A stretch of DNA of 64,000 nucleotides, taken from positions 2,048,001 to 2,112,000 of the forward strand of contig CAXXLL010000003.1 in the NCBI GenBank assembly GCA_963662545.2. The letters are read 5' to 3'. The notes beneath the pieces were generated by a model that worked only from the letters and a program-made list of their open reading frames with translations, was not told the origin of the DNA and made no database searches. Origin of the DNA: Gammaproteobacteria bacterium. Lineage in GTDB: Bacteria > Pseudomonadota > Gammaproteobacteria > Ga0077536. The position numbers were made by a program, and so were the translations under genes. Below are positions 20,301-30,259 of this stretch, piece by piece; positions within the stretch are counted from its first letter, which is position 1, and every line of letters begins with the position of its first letter.

Positions 20301-20555
20301 TAAGGATTGATTCTCAATTCAGCGGCGTTCGAATTCGATGCGCCGCCGGTTAAAACAGATGTCGCCGAAAAGACTCGATATATCCCTTCGCCCGTCCAGG
20401 TCCATTCTCGTGGAGGTTTTCTAATTATAGGAGGTTCGCCGCAAAGGGTGGCGGGAGAGTATGCCAACGGTCCGGTAAGCTCCTTAGAGTCGTCCCTGGA
20501 GACAGAGTTCAACGAGCCGCTTATGACTCGGTTTCTTGAAGGCGATTCATCTAAT

Positions 20556-22820
20556 TCAGTCGAGCAATGCCTTGTCGCTGGCGAAACGGTCCAGCACGTT
20601 CTTGGTCATGCGCGAGACATTGTTCCGGTAGTTATTGTGTGACAACGATCCGGGCCAGGCCATCGAGCTGGTCGAGAAGACGCCGCCACCGTTCGACGTC
20701 GGATAGAACACGATGTCGGCGCGTACGAGCTCGCTTTCGTGACCGCCGAGACCCGGATAGTTGATCAACAATTCCTCGCAGACGACGAGATAGATATCGG
20801 TGTGGCCTTCGGACGAGGCGAGCAGGTAGGCGCCCGGCGGCGTGCCGAGCAGGCGATCCGCTCGATCGAGTTCAAGTCCCGCGGCGCCGCCGCCGATCAG
20901 ACCGAAATCGCCGATGCGCTCGTCGGTGCCAATCCCCGCCATGATCCATTTGACTTCGCGCTTGCGAGCATCCGGTTTCTGGGCGTAATAGGACGATATG
21001 TCGAAGCCCTGCGCGGTGAACCCGGTGCCGGCGATGGCCTGCGGTGCGCGGCCATTGCGCCGCCACAAGCCGCCGTATTCGCCGGTGAACGAGTGGTAGT
21101 ACTCGCCCGTGCGGGCCTCCCAGGCGCGGATGCCGCCCTCCCCGCGGCGTACTTCCATGACGCCGGGCAGTTCGCCGTGATAGGCGATGCGCCAGTACCA
21201 GCCGTTCGCGCCGAGGTACATCAGGCGCCCGCCGCGTTGCTGATAGGTGTCCATTGCGTCCCACATTTCCTTGGAATGGTATTCCGGGTGTGACCCGGTC
21301 AAGACGACCTTGTAAGGCTCGATGGCGGCAACGCCTTGTTGATGAAGCTCCTCGTCGGTGATCACGTCGTAGTCGTACTTCAAGGCTTCCAGCCAATCGA
21401 TGGTGTGGGTGTCGGCGTTGAACTGCCACAGACTTGAATATTCCCCGCCGATCCATGACCGGTACTTGGGGCGCATGTTCAGGATGGGGCGGAGCCGGGA
21501 GGAATAGCACACGCCCGAGCCGTCGCTGTGCGTGTCGTAGCAGCTCCCCCCGTATTCGCGATGGACGCTGCGGTATTCGTCCTGCTGGTTGTGCTCCACC
21601 AGCCGGCCGCCGAGCAATTGTCCGATCGAAGCGTCGTTGACCATCTGCTCGTTGGCATACGCGAGGTAGCTCGCGGTCGGGAGCAGAAAGCAGATTTTGG
21701 CCGTGGCCTTGCCGCGAGGCGGCAGTACCGCGAACGGTACGTAATCTTCTTCCTCGACGGACTTGCCGCAGCTCAGGCGCGCGGCATAGAGCCCGCTCTT
21801 GAGATTGTTCGGTATGGTTAACGAGAAATCGACCTCCCAGCCGGCGTCGTAGATGTCGTCGTCATGAAAGTGAATCGCGCCGTAGTGCTCGGGCGCGTGG
21901 CGCCAGCACATCTCCGCGCCCGACCAATTCCATCCGGTCATGCCCCGGACGGGAAGTTGAGCGGTGCGGCCATGCAGACGATTCGGTGACATATCCGTGA
22001 CGGTGGTGCCCGTAATGCCGATCGAAAAGTCCCAAGCAGCGACGACGTCGGTGATCAGTTCCGCGTTGATCGGAAGGTTCTTCATGGTCTGCATTTCGAC
22101 CCGGTCGAGCGCCCGCCGTACGATGCGCGGACTGTCAATCTTGCCGTTGAAGTGGTGGGTACAAACCGTGCGCCCCTTATCGCGGCGTTTGAACTGGGCG
22201 CCGATGGTCACGGGATCGGGGTGGCCCGGGATCCTGGCAAACTTCGATTTGTGCCTTTTTAGCGCCGCGTCGTTCGTTAGCTCGTGGGTGTGGAGGGGCT
22301 CCTGCACGAGCGTGATGTTCCTGCTCTTGGCATCGAAACTCGCGGCGATGAAATACCACTCGTGCGCGAGCAGCGGCTTTCCGGTCGTCACGCTTTGCAC
22401 CTTGCGTTTACCCGCGCCGATCGTGAGTTCCACGCCGCTGTTGTCCGCTGCGATCGAGAGACACGCGCCGGTCTGCGAGCGCTCGGACCAATTCGCGATG
22501 ATGGCCTGGCGTCCTTTTTCCGGCGTCGTCGGCCAGATGAAGGCCTGCAGGGTGAAACTTTCCAGATTCTGAAAAGCTTCCGATGCATCGATTTCGACGA
22601 ACGAACCGCCATGGATGATCTGCCTGCGACCTTTGTACTTGCCGGTGACGCCGGTCTTGACCACCTTTTCCTTGTAGCCCGGGCCATCGGGATTCATGTC
22701 GCCGCAGATGAGCTTGACGATGTCGGCCTTGAACGCGGGCGCTTCACAGTTGACCATGAATTTGATCGTCTCGCTCGGAGCCGCGCTGATGCGGTCTGCG
22801 TATGCGGTTATCTTCATCAT
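20556..22820 (-). CDS. dmfA2: N,N-dimethylformamidase large subunit homolog
   Basis: LamG-like N-part, AIHFHDDD, LPTASYLAYAN, SCYDTHSDGSG, GSHPEY, LMYLGANGWYW. Confidence 0.88.
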   Translation of the reverse strand: MMKITAYADRISAAPSETIKFMVNCEAPAFKADIVKLICGDMNPDGPGYKEKVVKTGVTGKYKGRRQIIHGGSFVEIDASEAFQNLESFTLQAFIWPTTPEKGRQAIIANWSERSQTGACLSIAADNSGVELTIGAGKRKVQSVTTGKPLLAHEWYFIAASFDAKSRNITLVQEPLHTHELTNDAALKRHKSKFARIPGHPDPVTIGAQFKRRDKGRTVCTHHFNGKIDSPRIVRRALDRVEMQTMKNLPINAELITDVVAAWDFSIGITGTTVTDMSPNRLHGRTAQLPVRGMTGWNWSGAEMCWRHAPEHYGAIHFHDDDIYDAGWEVDFSLTIPNNLKSGLYAARLSCGKSVEEEDYVPFAVLPPRGKATAKICFLLPTASYLAYANEQMVNDASIGQLLGGRLVEHNQQDEYRSVHREYGGSCYDTHSDGSGVCYSSRLRPILNMRPKYRSWIGGEYSSLWQFNADTHTIDWLEALKYDYDVITDEELHQQGVAAIEPYKVVLTGSHPEYHSKEMWDAMDTYQQRGGRLMYLGANGWYWRIAYHGELPGVMEVRRGEGGIRAWEARTGEYYHSFTGEYGGLWRRNGRAPQAIAGTGFTAQGFDISSYYAQKPDARKREVKWIMAGIGTDERIGDFGLIGGGAAGLELDRADRLLGTPPGAYLLASSEGHTDIYLVVCEELLINYPGLGGHESELVRADIVFYPTSNGGGVFSTSSMAWPGSLSHNNYRNNVSRMTKNVLDRFASDKALLD

Positions 22821-22878
22821 CGGATTGTTCCTTCTTATCGAAGATTCGCGATCCTATTGATCGCGTCGGGGACTTTTA

Positions 22879-23205
22879 TTAATCGCGTAAGGTTTCGCCG
22901 GTGAGTGCTTTCCACCGTTGCTTGAAGACATACCATTCCGCATCGGCGCGCTTCCTAAAGCGCCTGTTGAGCATCTTCAACGGTTTGCCGCGGACACCGC
23001 TCGCTTTCGCAAGCTGCCATTCGCGGTTCGGCTTCACCACGACCACGCAGAACTTGTCCTCCATCGGTGCCCCGCGCATGCGATTCAACAGAATTTGCAA
23101 ATCGGGGCTGTGATGTCCGATCGGGTTTCTTTTGAATTCTTCGATCAACTGCCGATCGTCAGGCGGGGGGCGTTCGATCGGTGTGGCGTGACTGGTGTTC
23201 GCCAT
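22879..23205 (-). CDS. dmfA1: N,N-dimethylformamidase small subunit homolog
   Basis: LIEEFKRNPIGHHSPDLQILLNRMR...AEWYVFKQRW; directly upstream of the large subunit. Confidence 0.75.
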   Translation of the reverse strand: MANTSHATPIERPPPDDRQLIEEFKRNPIGHHSPDLQILLNRMRGAPMEDKFCVVVVKPNREWQLAKASGVRGKPLKMLNRRFRKRADAEWYVFKQRWKALTGETLRD

Positions 23206-23397
23206 GGTCTTTATCCTTCCCTCGGTAAGGATTGGAAATCATCTCGAATGTGAGGCTTGCTTGCAATCCGCTCGGGGGGTCGCCCTCATCATGAATCGGG
23301 TGATACATTGAGGGAGGAAGCCGCGGAAGAAGCCCGCGTGCGGGCGAAATACGGCAAATGCTAGTGCGCTTATACATTGCGATAGGAGAGTTAAACC

Positions 23398-24432
23398 TTG
23401 CGAAACTTGAATGATTTTGATGCCTTGGTAACGGCTGCTAATGCAGACCTGGACGATCCCGGACGCAACCGCGCGATGTTTGGGAAGGCCGGCGAACGCC
23501 CCCGATTCGAGGTCTATCACGCGGGCCTGTCAATCTGTTCGCAGAAAGTTCGTGCGGTACTCGCTGAAAAAAACACGCCATACAGGTCCCACGAGATGGT
23601 GATCCTGGCCAGTGGCGGCATCTACTAGGATGATTTCAAACCCGCGGAAAACTACCGGCCCAGTTTCGTGAAGCTCAGGCTTGCGGGCGGTGCGCATCTC
23701 AAATCGAAACTCGCAGCAGCGCACACGGGTCGCTCTTCAGTCGAGACCGAGGGCTTCGATCCCTGCGTTGTTCCGGTCCTCGCGGACCGCGAGACTAACG
23801 AGATCTTCGTGGACTCCAAGGTCATCTGCGAGCATATCGATCGGGTAGTCCCAACTTCTGATCCCTTGATTCCGGACGATCCGGCGCTTGCAGATCGGGT
23901 CGAGCAGCAGGTTCGCGTCGTCGACCAGACGCCGCATCCGGGCGTCTTGTATGGTTTTCACCCAGATGATGATCGCCGCCCGGACTTCATTAAGGCCGTC
24001 ATGGCCGACGTCTACGACAACAAGTGTCATGCGCTCAATCAACTCATCGAGCAGAATCGCGAGGATGCCGATCTGGTTCGGGCGTACGAAAGCAAAATCG
24101 CCAAGGAACAGGCGGGGAAAGCGCGCGCCCGCGACGCCGACGCGCAGCACGCCGTTCGTGCGGAATTCATCGCGCTTATCGAGGAACTGGATGAGACGCT
24201 GGGCGTGTCGGACGGAGATTGGATCTTGGGCGATCGGTATACACTCGCCGACCTCATGTGGGGCATCAGCCTTTACCGCATGCAGTGGCTGGGCCTAGGT
24301 CACCTCTGGGACGAACGTCCACGGGTGGGTAGGTATGCGAGCCGCGCCTACAAGCGCCCTTCAGTGAGGGATGCCGTGATCAATTGGCCGTCGCCGATGC
24401 CGCCGTCACCGCATACTATGGACGTTCATTGA
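23398..24432 (+). pseudogene. Glutathione S-transferase interrupted by an in-frame TAG (23626-23628)
   Basis: ORFs 23398-23628 and 23668-24432 are in one frame: SICSQKVRAVLAEK...GGIY*DDFKPAENYRPSFVKL...CVVPVL...DSKVI...YTLADL. Confidence 0.75.
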
Positions 24433-24463
24433 TCTAGATTCGCTGCCTTGCGGGCGATTAAGT

Positions 24464-25231
24464 TTATTTCCTGAACCGGTAAACGAACCGGTCGGTCCGC
24501 CGTCTGATCTTGTCGTCGAACACGCTCAGCGTGTGATCGTCGTCGGGATTCACCAATGCCTGGCTTTCGGCCTCGAACGCGAATCCCCGGGCCTCGATAC
24601 CCCGGCGTGCGAACAGCTTGCCGATCCGGTGCAGGTCCTGGGCGCGTTTCGCGCCCGTTCCCTCGACTGCCGCGTGATCGATGACGACGAGTTTGCCACC
24701 GGGCTTGAGCGCCGCGTGAAGCTGCGCGAGAAAGTAATCGCGTCCCGGTTGCGGCCAGAAGGCGGCGTGGAAATAGAGGTCGTGGTAGACGAGTCCAAGG
24801 AATATGACATCGAACCGCTCCTGCCCCAATCGGAGGTCGTTCATTTCCGACAACAGTATTTCGACGTTGGACAAGCGATTGTCAGCGAAACGTTGGTCCG
24901 CAAGTTCTCCCGAGAAATTGCGAAAAGCCGCGTTCGTATGCGCGACGACCTTGCCCGACGGGCCGACCACTCGGGAGAAGAGTTCACTCCAATAGCCGCC
25001 CCCTGCGAATAAATCGAGTACCTGCATCCCGGGCTTGAGGCCGGTGAACGGCAGTATCTCGGCGGGTTTACTGGTCTGATCGCGTTTGCGATCCCGCTCC
25101 CAGCGGGTGTCGTATTCGATCGCGTCGGTGATGTATTTCGGTGACTCCGCTGCGCAGGCGTTCGAGGTCGGAGTGGTGAGTACGATTAGGCACAGCAGGG
25201 TAGGCAGTCGACATCGAAATTCTCGTCCCAT
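24464..25231 (-). CDS. Secreted class I SAM-dependent methyltransferase (COG4798-like)
   Basis: RDQTSKPAEIL, VLDLFAGGGYWSEL, ALKPGG.LVVIDH, TDRFVYRFRK. Confidence 0.82.
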   Translation of the reverse strand: MGREFRCRLPTLLCLIVLTTPTSNACAAESPKYITDAIEYDTRWERDRKRDQTSKPAEILPFTGLKPGMQVLDLFAGGGYWSELFSRVVGPSGKVVAHTNAAFRNFSGELADQRFADNRLSNVEILLSEMNDLRLGQERFDVIFLGLVYHDLYFHAAFWPQPGRDYFLAQLHAALKPGGKLVVIDHAAVEGTGAKRAQDLHRIGKLFARRGIEARGFAFEAESQALVNPDDDHTLSVFDDKIRRRTDRFVYRFRK

Positions 25232-25375
25232 GATCGCCTGTTCTCCCATCGTCGGAATCCTAACCACTTGGCTATTTCATCACCTGGCTCGACAACGGCC
25301 AGCCCCTACCCGCAATGCGCATCATGGATCGACTTTTGGAGGAAGAGTAAAAACACGCTTCGCGGCTAACGCCAT

Positions 25376-26899
25376 TCAAGCGGCAAGTTCCGGGGTGTTC
25401 TCGGGCGCACGGCGGTAATGCGTCGCCTGCTCGAAACCGTAGGCGAGGCGGAACAGCTTCGGTTCGGCGTACTGATGGCTGATGATTTCGAGCCCGACCG
25501 GCAGGCCTTGATCCGTAAAACCCGCCGGCACGCTGATCGCGGGCATCCAGGTCTGCGAGGCGATGAGTGTGTTGGTCGGGAAGGCGAGAGTCGGCCACAT
25601 GCCTTCGTCGCAATCGCGTATCAATGGCGGCACCACCTGGACGCTGGGGTAGATCAGGGCATCGAGCTCGCTGCCCGACAGAACGTTCTGCGTCGTCCGC
25701 GCGAATTCCTCGCGCGCTGCCAGACGTTGATAATACATCGGGTCGTATTCCGGCCGGTCCGGACCGAAGCCGCATTGTTCGAGCAGGTCACACGCCGGAT
25801 CGTAGCGGCGGCTTTCGATCAGTTGGTTCAGGCTACGGACGGGTGCGTCGGGCCGCGCACCAAGGAATGAGTTGATGTCGAACTTGGTCCGGTTGACATA
25901 GAGCAGGGTCGCGCCGATGTGGTGCGCGAGATCCGGGATCTCTACTTCGAGTATCGTCGCGCCCGCCTTCTCAATCGCCGTGACGGCTTTGCGGATGACC
26001 TCATTCACCGGAGCGGCGTATTCGTTGTCTTCGGATCCGAGGGCGTTCGTCACTAGCCCCAGCCTCGCGCCGTTCAAGCCGTCGGCCGCGAGGTGCGCAG
26101 TGTAGGTTTCAGGTGCCCGCGCCACGTGGTAGGCAGCGGTAAGCGAATCCGCCGGATCATAGCCGACGAGCGTATTGAAGACCGTTGCGGCATCGCTCAC
26201 GGTGCGGCTCATCGGGCCGATGGTGTCCTGGAAGAAAATCAGGCAGGCGACGCCGTCGCGGCTGATCAATCCCGGCGTGCTGCGCACTCCGACGAGATTG
26301 TTGAACGACGAGGGCACGCGGATCGATCCCCCACAATCGGTGCCGAGGGATATCGTCGCGAGGTTTGCCGCGGTCGCCGCGCCGCTGCCGGAGCTCGAAG
26401 CGCCCGGATCGCGAGCTAGGGCGTAGGGATTCAAGGTATGGCCGCTCATCGAGGAATAGCCGAACCAGCTCGTCGCGAAATCCGGCAGCGTCGTCTTCGC
26501 GAGGATGATGGCGCCCGCTTCGCGGAGCTTGCGCACCACCGTGGCGTCGGATTTCGGCCGGTATCGGGCGAAGGCGATGTTGCCGAATGTCGTTGGCGCA
26601 TCGTTCGTCTCTATGCAGTCCTTGACCAGTACGGGTATGCCATGCAGCGGCCCGGTGAATTCACCGGCGCGCGCAAACGCATCGTCCAGTTCCGCCGCAC
26701 GTTCCCGCGCGTTTTCATTGATGTTCACGATGCAGTTTATCTTCGGGCCTGCCTGATCGTAGGCATCGATGCGGCGCAGGTAACATTCGACCAGATCCGC
26801 CGCGTTCAGCGTGCCGCCCCTCATGGCTTCGTGGATCTCTCCGATCGTGGTTTCTTCGACGCGAAATTGTGTTGCGATGGCGGGCTGTTGCTCGGGCAT
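25376..26899 (-). CDS. Amidase signature family protein
   Basis: GPLHGIPVLVKD, PGASSSGSG, GTDCGGSIRVPS. Confidence 0.92.
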   Translation of the reverse strand: MPEQQPAIATQFRVEETTIGEIHEAMRGGTLNAADLVECYLRRIDAYDQAGPKINCIVNINENARERAAELDDAFARAGEFTGPLHGIPVLVKDCIETNDAPTTFGNIAFARYRPKSDATVVRKLREAGAIILAKTTLPDFATSWFGYSSMSGHTLNPYALARDPGASSSGSGAATAANLATISLGTDCGGSIRVPSSFNNLVGVRSTPGLISRDGVACLIFFQDTIGPMSRTVSDAATVFNTLVGYDPADSLTAAYHVARAPETYTAHLAADGLNGARLGLVTNALGSEDNEYAAPVNEVIRKAVTAIEKAGATILEVEIPDLAHHIGATLLYVNRTKFDINSFLGARPDAPVRSLNQLIESRRYDPACDLLEQCGFGPDRPEYDPMYYQRLAAREEFARTTQNVLSGSELDALIYPSVQVVPPLIRDCDEGMWPTLAFPTNTLIASQTWMPAISVPAGFTDQGLPVGLEIISHQYAEPKLFRLAYGFEQATHYRRAPENTPELAA

Positions 26900-27148
26900 G
26901 AGAGAACTTCGCTTTTCTGATGCTAATTCAACGGGACGTAGATGGAATTATCGCACCGTTCAAGTCCGCGAATCTCATTACCGGTCGTGATTTCTCAGTT
27001 TCCTGCTGATCAGGCCCAGGCGGGCGGATCTCTAGGTGTGCACGATAGACACCCACGAGCAGCCTAGCTATCTTTAACAGCCTGTTTATCGACCCGATGG
27101 TTTCATGGACCGCCGGCGCGGCGGTTGTCATCGAAAGGGGAGCGTAGC

Positions 27149-28567
27149 ATGGAAAATCTCATGAGGCTGAGTGCCGTCGAACAAGCGCGTCTCATACGTA
27201 AGGGCGAAGTGTCCGCAGATGAGATGGTCGAGGCGGCGATCACCCAGATCGAAAAATTGAATCCGGACTTGAACGCCGTGGTCCTGCCGATGTACGACAT
27301 GGCCCGTGCCGCGGTGGGTGAGCTCACCGGCGCGGAGCCGCTGTCGGGTGTACCCGTGCTTTTGAAGGACGTGCTGGCAGAGTACGAAGGCGCACCGATG
27401 ACCGAGGGTTCGCGCTTTTTGCGCGGCTATGTCTCGGCGCGCGACAGCGAACTCGTCTCACGCTACCGAAGCGGCGGACTGGTCGTAGTGGGCAGGACAA
27501 ACGCGCCCGAGTTCGCCTCGAAACCGACCACTGAACCCGAACTCTACGGAGCGACACTCAACCCCTGGGACAAGAGCCGTTCACCCGGCGGGTCTTCGGG
27601 CGGCGCCGGCGCCGCCGTGGCCGCAGGTATGGTTGCCGTCGCGCATGCCAACGACGGCGGCGGCTCGACCCGCATTCCCGCGGGCAACTGTGGATTGGTC
27701 GGTCTCAAGCCGACGCGCGGCCGGAATCCGCTGGGACCTGACTATGGTGACGTCGGCGCCGCCGGTCTCCTGTGTGAACACGTCGTCACCCGCACCGTGA
27801 TGGATACCGCCGTGGTGCTCGACATCACGGCCGGCGCCGATGTCGGCGCGCCATTCTTCCCGCCGCCACCGGCCCGACCGTTCGCCGAGGAAGTCGGCGC
27901 CGATCCGGGCCGGCTCAAGATCGCATTCAGCACACAAGCGATCGTCCCGACCGAGGTCCATCCCGACTGCCAGCAGGCGGCGCGCGAAGCGGCCGCGCTG
28001 TGCGAAGACCTGGGGCACCACGTTGAAGAGGCCAGGCCCGAGGTCTCGGGTGAGCACTTCACACAGTTCTTCACCACCATCTGGTGCGCGATGGTCGCGT
28101 GGATGATCCGCGATTGGTCGCGGCGCACCGGGGTGACGCCGAGCCCGGAATATTTCGAGCTGCATACCTGGAAGATGTTCGAGGTGGATGAGAAGCGGCG
28201 GCCGTCGGATCTTCTGCTCGCGATCCACGACATGCACCTATTCGCGCGCGAAGTCGCGCCCTTCTTCGAGACCTACGACGTGTGGCTGACGCCGACGATG
28301 ATCGAGCCCCCCGTACCGATAGGGTACTTCGATTTCAATCCGGAGGTCCCGCGCCAATCGACCGAGCGCATGGAGAACATCCCGCGGTTTACGGCACCGG
28401 CGAACGCGACGGGCCAGCCGGCGATATCGCTGCCGCTTTACTGGAACAAGGACAATCTGCCGATCGGCGTGCACCTGATGGGCCGCTATGCGGACGAGGC
28501 AACCCTGTTCCGCCTCTCGGCACAGCTCGAAGCCGCCCGGCCCTGGGTCCATCGCTGGCCGGAATAA
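27149..28567 (+). CDS. Amidase signature family protein
   Basis: [27 protein letters not shown]; divergent from the first amidase. Confidence 0.92.
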   Translation: MENLMRLSAVEQARLIRKGEVSADEMVEAAITQIEKLNPDLNAVVLPMYDMARAAVGELTGAEPLSGVPVLLKDVLAEYEGAPMTEGSRFLRGYVSARDSELVSRYRSGGLVVVGRTNAPEFASKPTTEPELYGATLNPWDKSRSPGGSSGGAGAAVAAGMVAVAHANDGGGSTRIPAGNCGLVGLKPTRGRNPLGPDYGDVGAAGLLCEHVVTRTVMDTAVVLDITAGADVGAPFFPPPPARPFAEEVGADPGRLKIAFSTQAIVPTEVHPDCQQAAREAAALCEDLGHHVEEARPEVSGEHFTQFFTTIWCAMVAWMIRDWSRRTGVTPSPEYFELHTWKMFEVDEKRRPSDLLLAIHDMHLFAREVAPFFETYDVWLTPTMIEPPVPIGYFDFNPEVPRQSTERMENIPRFTAPANATGQPAISLPLYWNKDNLPIGVHLMGRYADEATLFRLSAQLEAARPWVHRWPE

Positions 28568-28677
28568 CGAGAAAAGGATTTTCTCTTAGCGTATTTACGA
28601 CCATCGTAGCGATCCAGATTGAAACGCCGGCTCTCAGCGCCTAGGAGGTACTTGTCAGTACCTTCGGTAGCGTTGAT

Positions 28678-29355
28678 CTACTCGACCTTACGGGTACGCA
28701 GACTGGTTTTTATAACCCAAATGATCATGCCCACCGAAATCGCGATCCAGATACCGCCCCACATCACCGTCGCGCCGCCGAATTCTTCGGCCAGCATACG
28801 CGCGTCGGAGCGCAGGTGAGCGCGATCAATGGTATCGCTCCAGATATCTAAAGGCGCGTAACTCATGCTCGTCAGGCCAATTATGCGTAACACGAAGTCG
28901 TTGACGGCTTCGCTCCCCCAGCGCGAAAGCGCGATCAGTCCTGCGCCGGTGGCAAGGGTGAACCCCAGGCCGTACAGGTTCCGCATGAACCAGGCCGCGA
29001 TCACGAGTATCAAGATGCCCAACAAAGCACTGATCAAGCGATCTTTATCGGTATAAACGGTGACCAGGAAGATCAAAGCTCCCCACAGCAGCGAACCGAG
29101 ATAACCGGCACTTAAGGTCAAAAAACGTATGTCACCCGCCGCGCGTACGTGCCCACCCTGACTCTGATTGATCTCCATCTCGATGACGACACCGCCAGTG
29201 GCGACGGCGGTGAGTGCGTGTGAGGCCTCGTGAAAGAAGACCACTAAGGTTTTAAGGGGAGCCAGAAAGGGCGTGGGCCAGAGCGCGAACACGAGGATCA
29301 GGAGCGCCAACAGGTAAACCACCCGAGGAGACCCGCTGCGAGTCGGGCCGGTCAC
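28678..29355 (-). CDS. M50B-like intramembrane metallopeptidase
   Basis: FFHEASH in a TM segment, AGYLGS, SDARMLA; start overlaps the speD stop. Confidence 0.85.
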   Translation of the reverse strand: MTGPTRSGSPRVVYLLALLILVFALWPTPFLAPLKTLVVFFHEASHALTAVATGGVVIEMEINQSQGGHVRAAGDIRFLTLSAGYLGSLLWGALIFLVTVYTDKDRLISALLGILILVIAAWFMRNLYGLGFTLATGAGLIALSRWGSEAVNDFVLRIIGLTSMSYAPLDIWSDTIDRAHLRSDARMLAEEFGGATVMWGGIWIAISVGMIIWVIKTSLRTRKVE

Positions 29356-29714
29356 GAAGATTTCTTGAGGGAGTCGCCGCGATATAAGGTCTGGACTTCT
29401 ATGCGGTCCGGATTGAAATGTGCCTGTAGGATGGGAATAGCGCGCTCCGGCTCCGCCTTACCGCACATAAAGATATCGAATGCGGCGAATCCTTGCTCGG
29501 GCCACGTATGAACGCTGATATGAGACTCCGTCAAGCAAACGACGCCGGTGATCCCGAGCGGCGTAAAACGATGGAAGTATTCATGGAGTAGCGTAGCACC
29601 CGTTTGTTCAATTATTTCTTCGATGGCGTTGCGAACCGAACGTTCGCAGTCGAGATTCGATGCACCGTGAAGATCGACGATGACATGGGATCCCGTTCCC
29701 GGTTTCATCAACAA
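29352..29714 (-). CDS. speD: S-adenosylmethionine decarboxylase proenzyme (short class 1B type)
   Basis: G.HVIVDL, HRFTPLGITGV, LTE/SHISVHTWPE pyruvoyl site, DIFMCG. Confidence 0.92.
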   Translation of the reverse strand: MLMKPGTGSHVIVDLHGASNLDCERSVRNAIEEIIEQTGATLLHEYFHRFTPLGITGVVCLTESHISVHTWPEQGFAAFDIFMCGKAEPERAIPILQAHFNPDRIEVQTLYRGDSLKKSS

Positions 29715-29767
29715 ACCGCCGCGCGGGTCGAACGGAAAATTCGCGTTAAATCGAACCGTCGCACGCT

Positions 29768-30004
29768 TTAATCCACGTCGGGAATCGTGAAATGCTGGAT
29801 ATCGATCGCTCTTAGGAGTTGCAACATGAAAGAAGCCTTAAATGCACCCCGGTTGATCTTCGTTGAGAGGGACGATGGCGTCTCCTCTATACCCAATCGC
29901 CGGAGCCGTCGCGAGAGTTCGGGATAATTTACCCCCTTCAGTGACAGCGCCGATTTTACTATGCGCGTTGCCATCTGTTCCCACCCTTGATCGGTATCGC
30001 CCAT
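29768..30004 (-). CDS. DUF6471-like small HTH protein
   Basis: KSALSLKGVNYPELSRRL..GIEET..LSTKINRGAFKASFMLQLL; AAGGA RBS. Confidence 0.75.
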   Translation of the reverse strand: MGDTDQGWEQMATRIVKSALSLKGVNYPELSRRLRRLGIEETPSSLSTKINRGAFKASFMLQLLRAIDIQHFTIPDVD

Positions 30005-30259
30005 AATCCTTTTCTCTGATCGATTTTCGAACCTTGTTCCGCCCCGCAAACGTGCTATAGGCGTGGCCCAACTTGCTAAGATTTAATACTTGGGGCCCTA
30101 CGGCGCTCCTTTTATGGCATGGTGCTTTGCACTAATTTAGACGAAAAGGCCCGAGAAGTAACTAAAAACGTTAAAAATATACTAAAAAGCACGTTTATGA
30201 ATGAATTATTTTGAAAACGAGATTATTCAGCCTATAATTCGTGCGGCAACGGATGAACG

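Noticed and set aside
20484-20555. Weak inverted repeat downstream of dmfA2
   Set aside because: Too degenerate to distinguish from chance or a decayed terminator
23626-23628. Pyrrolysine in the GST next to DMFase
   Set aside because: No pyl genes or methylamine methyltransferase in the window, and the position is not an evident catalytic site
30115-30131. Sigma54 promoter TGGCAT...TTGCA before the PspA operon
   Set aside because: GG-to-GC spacing is 11 nt, not the required 10
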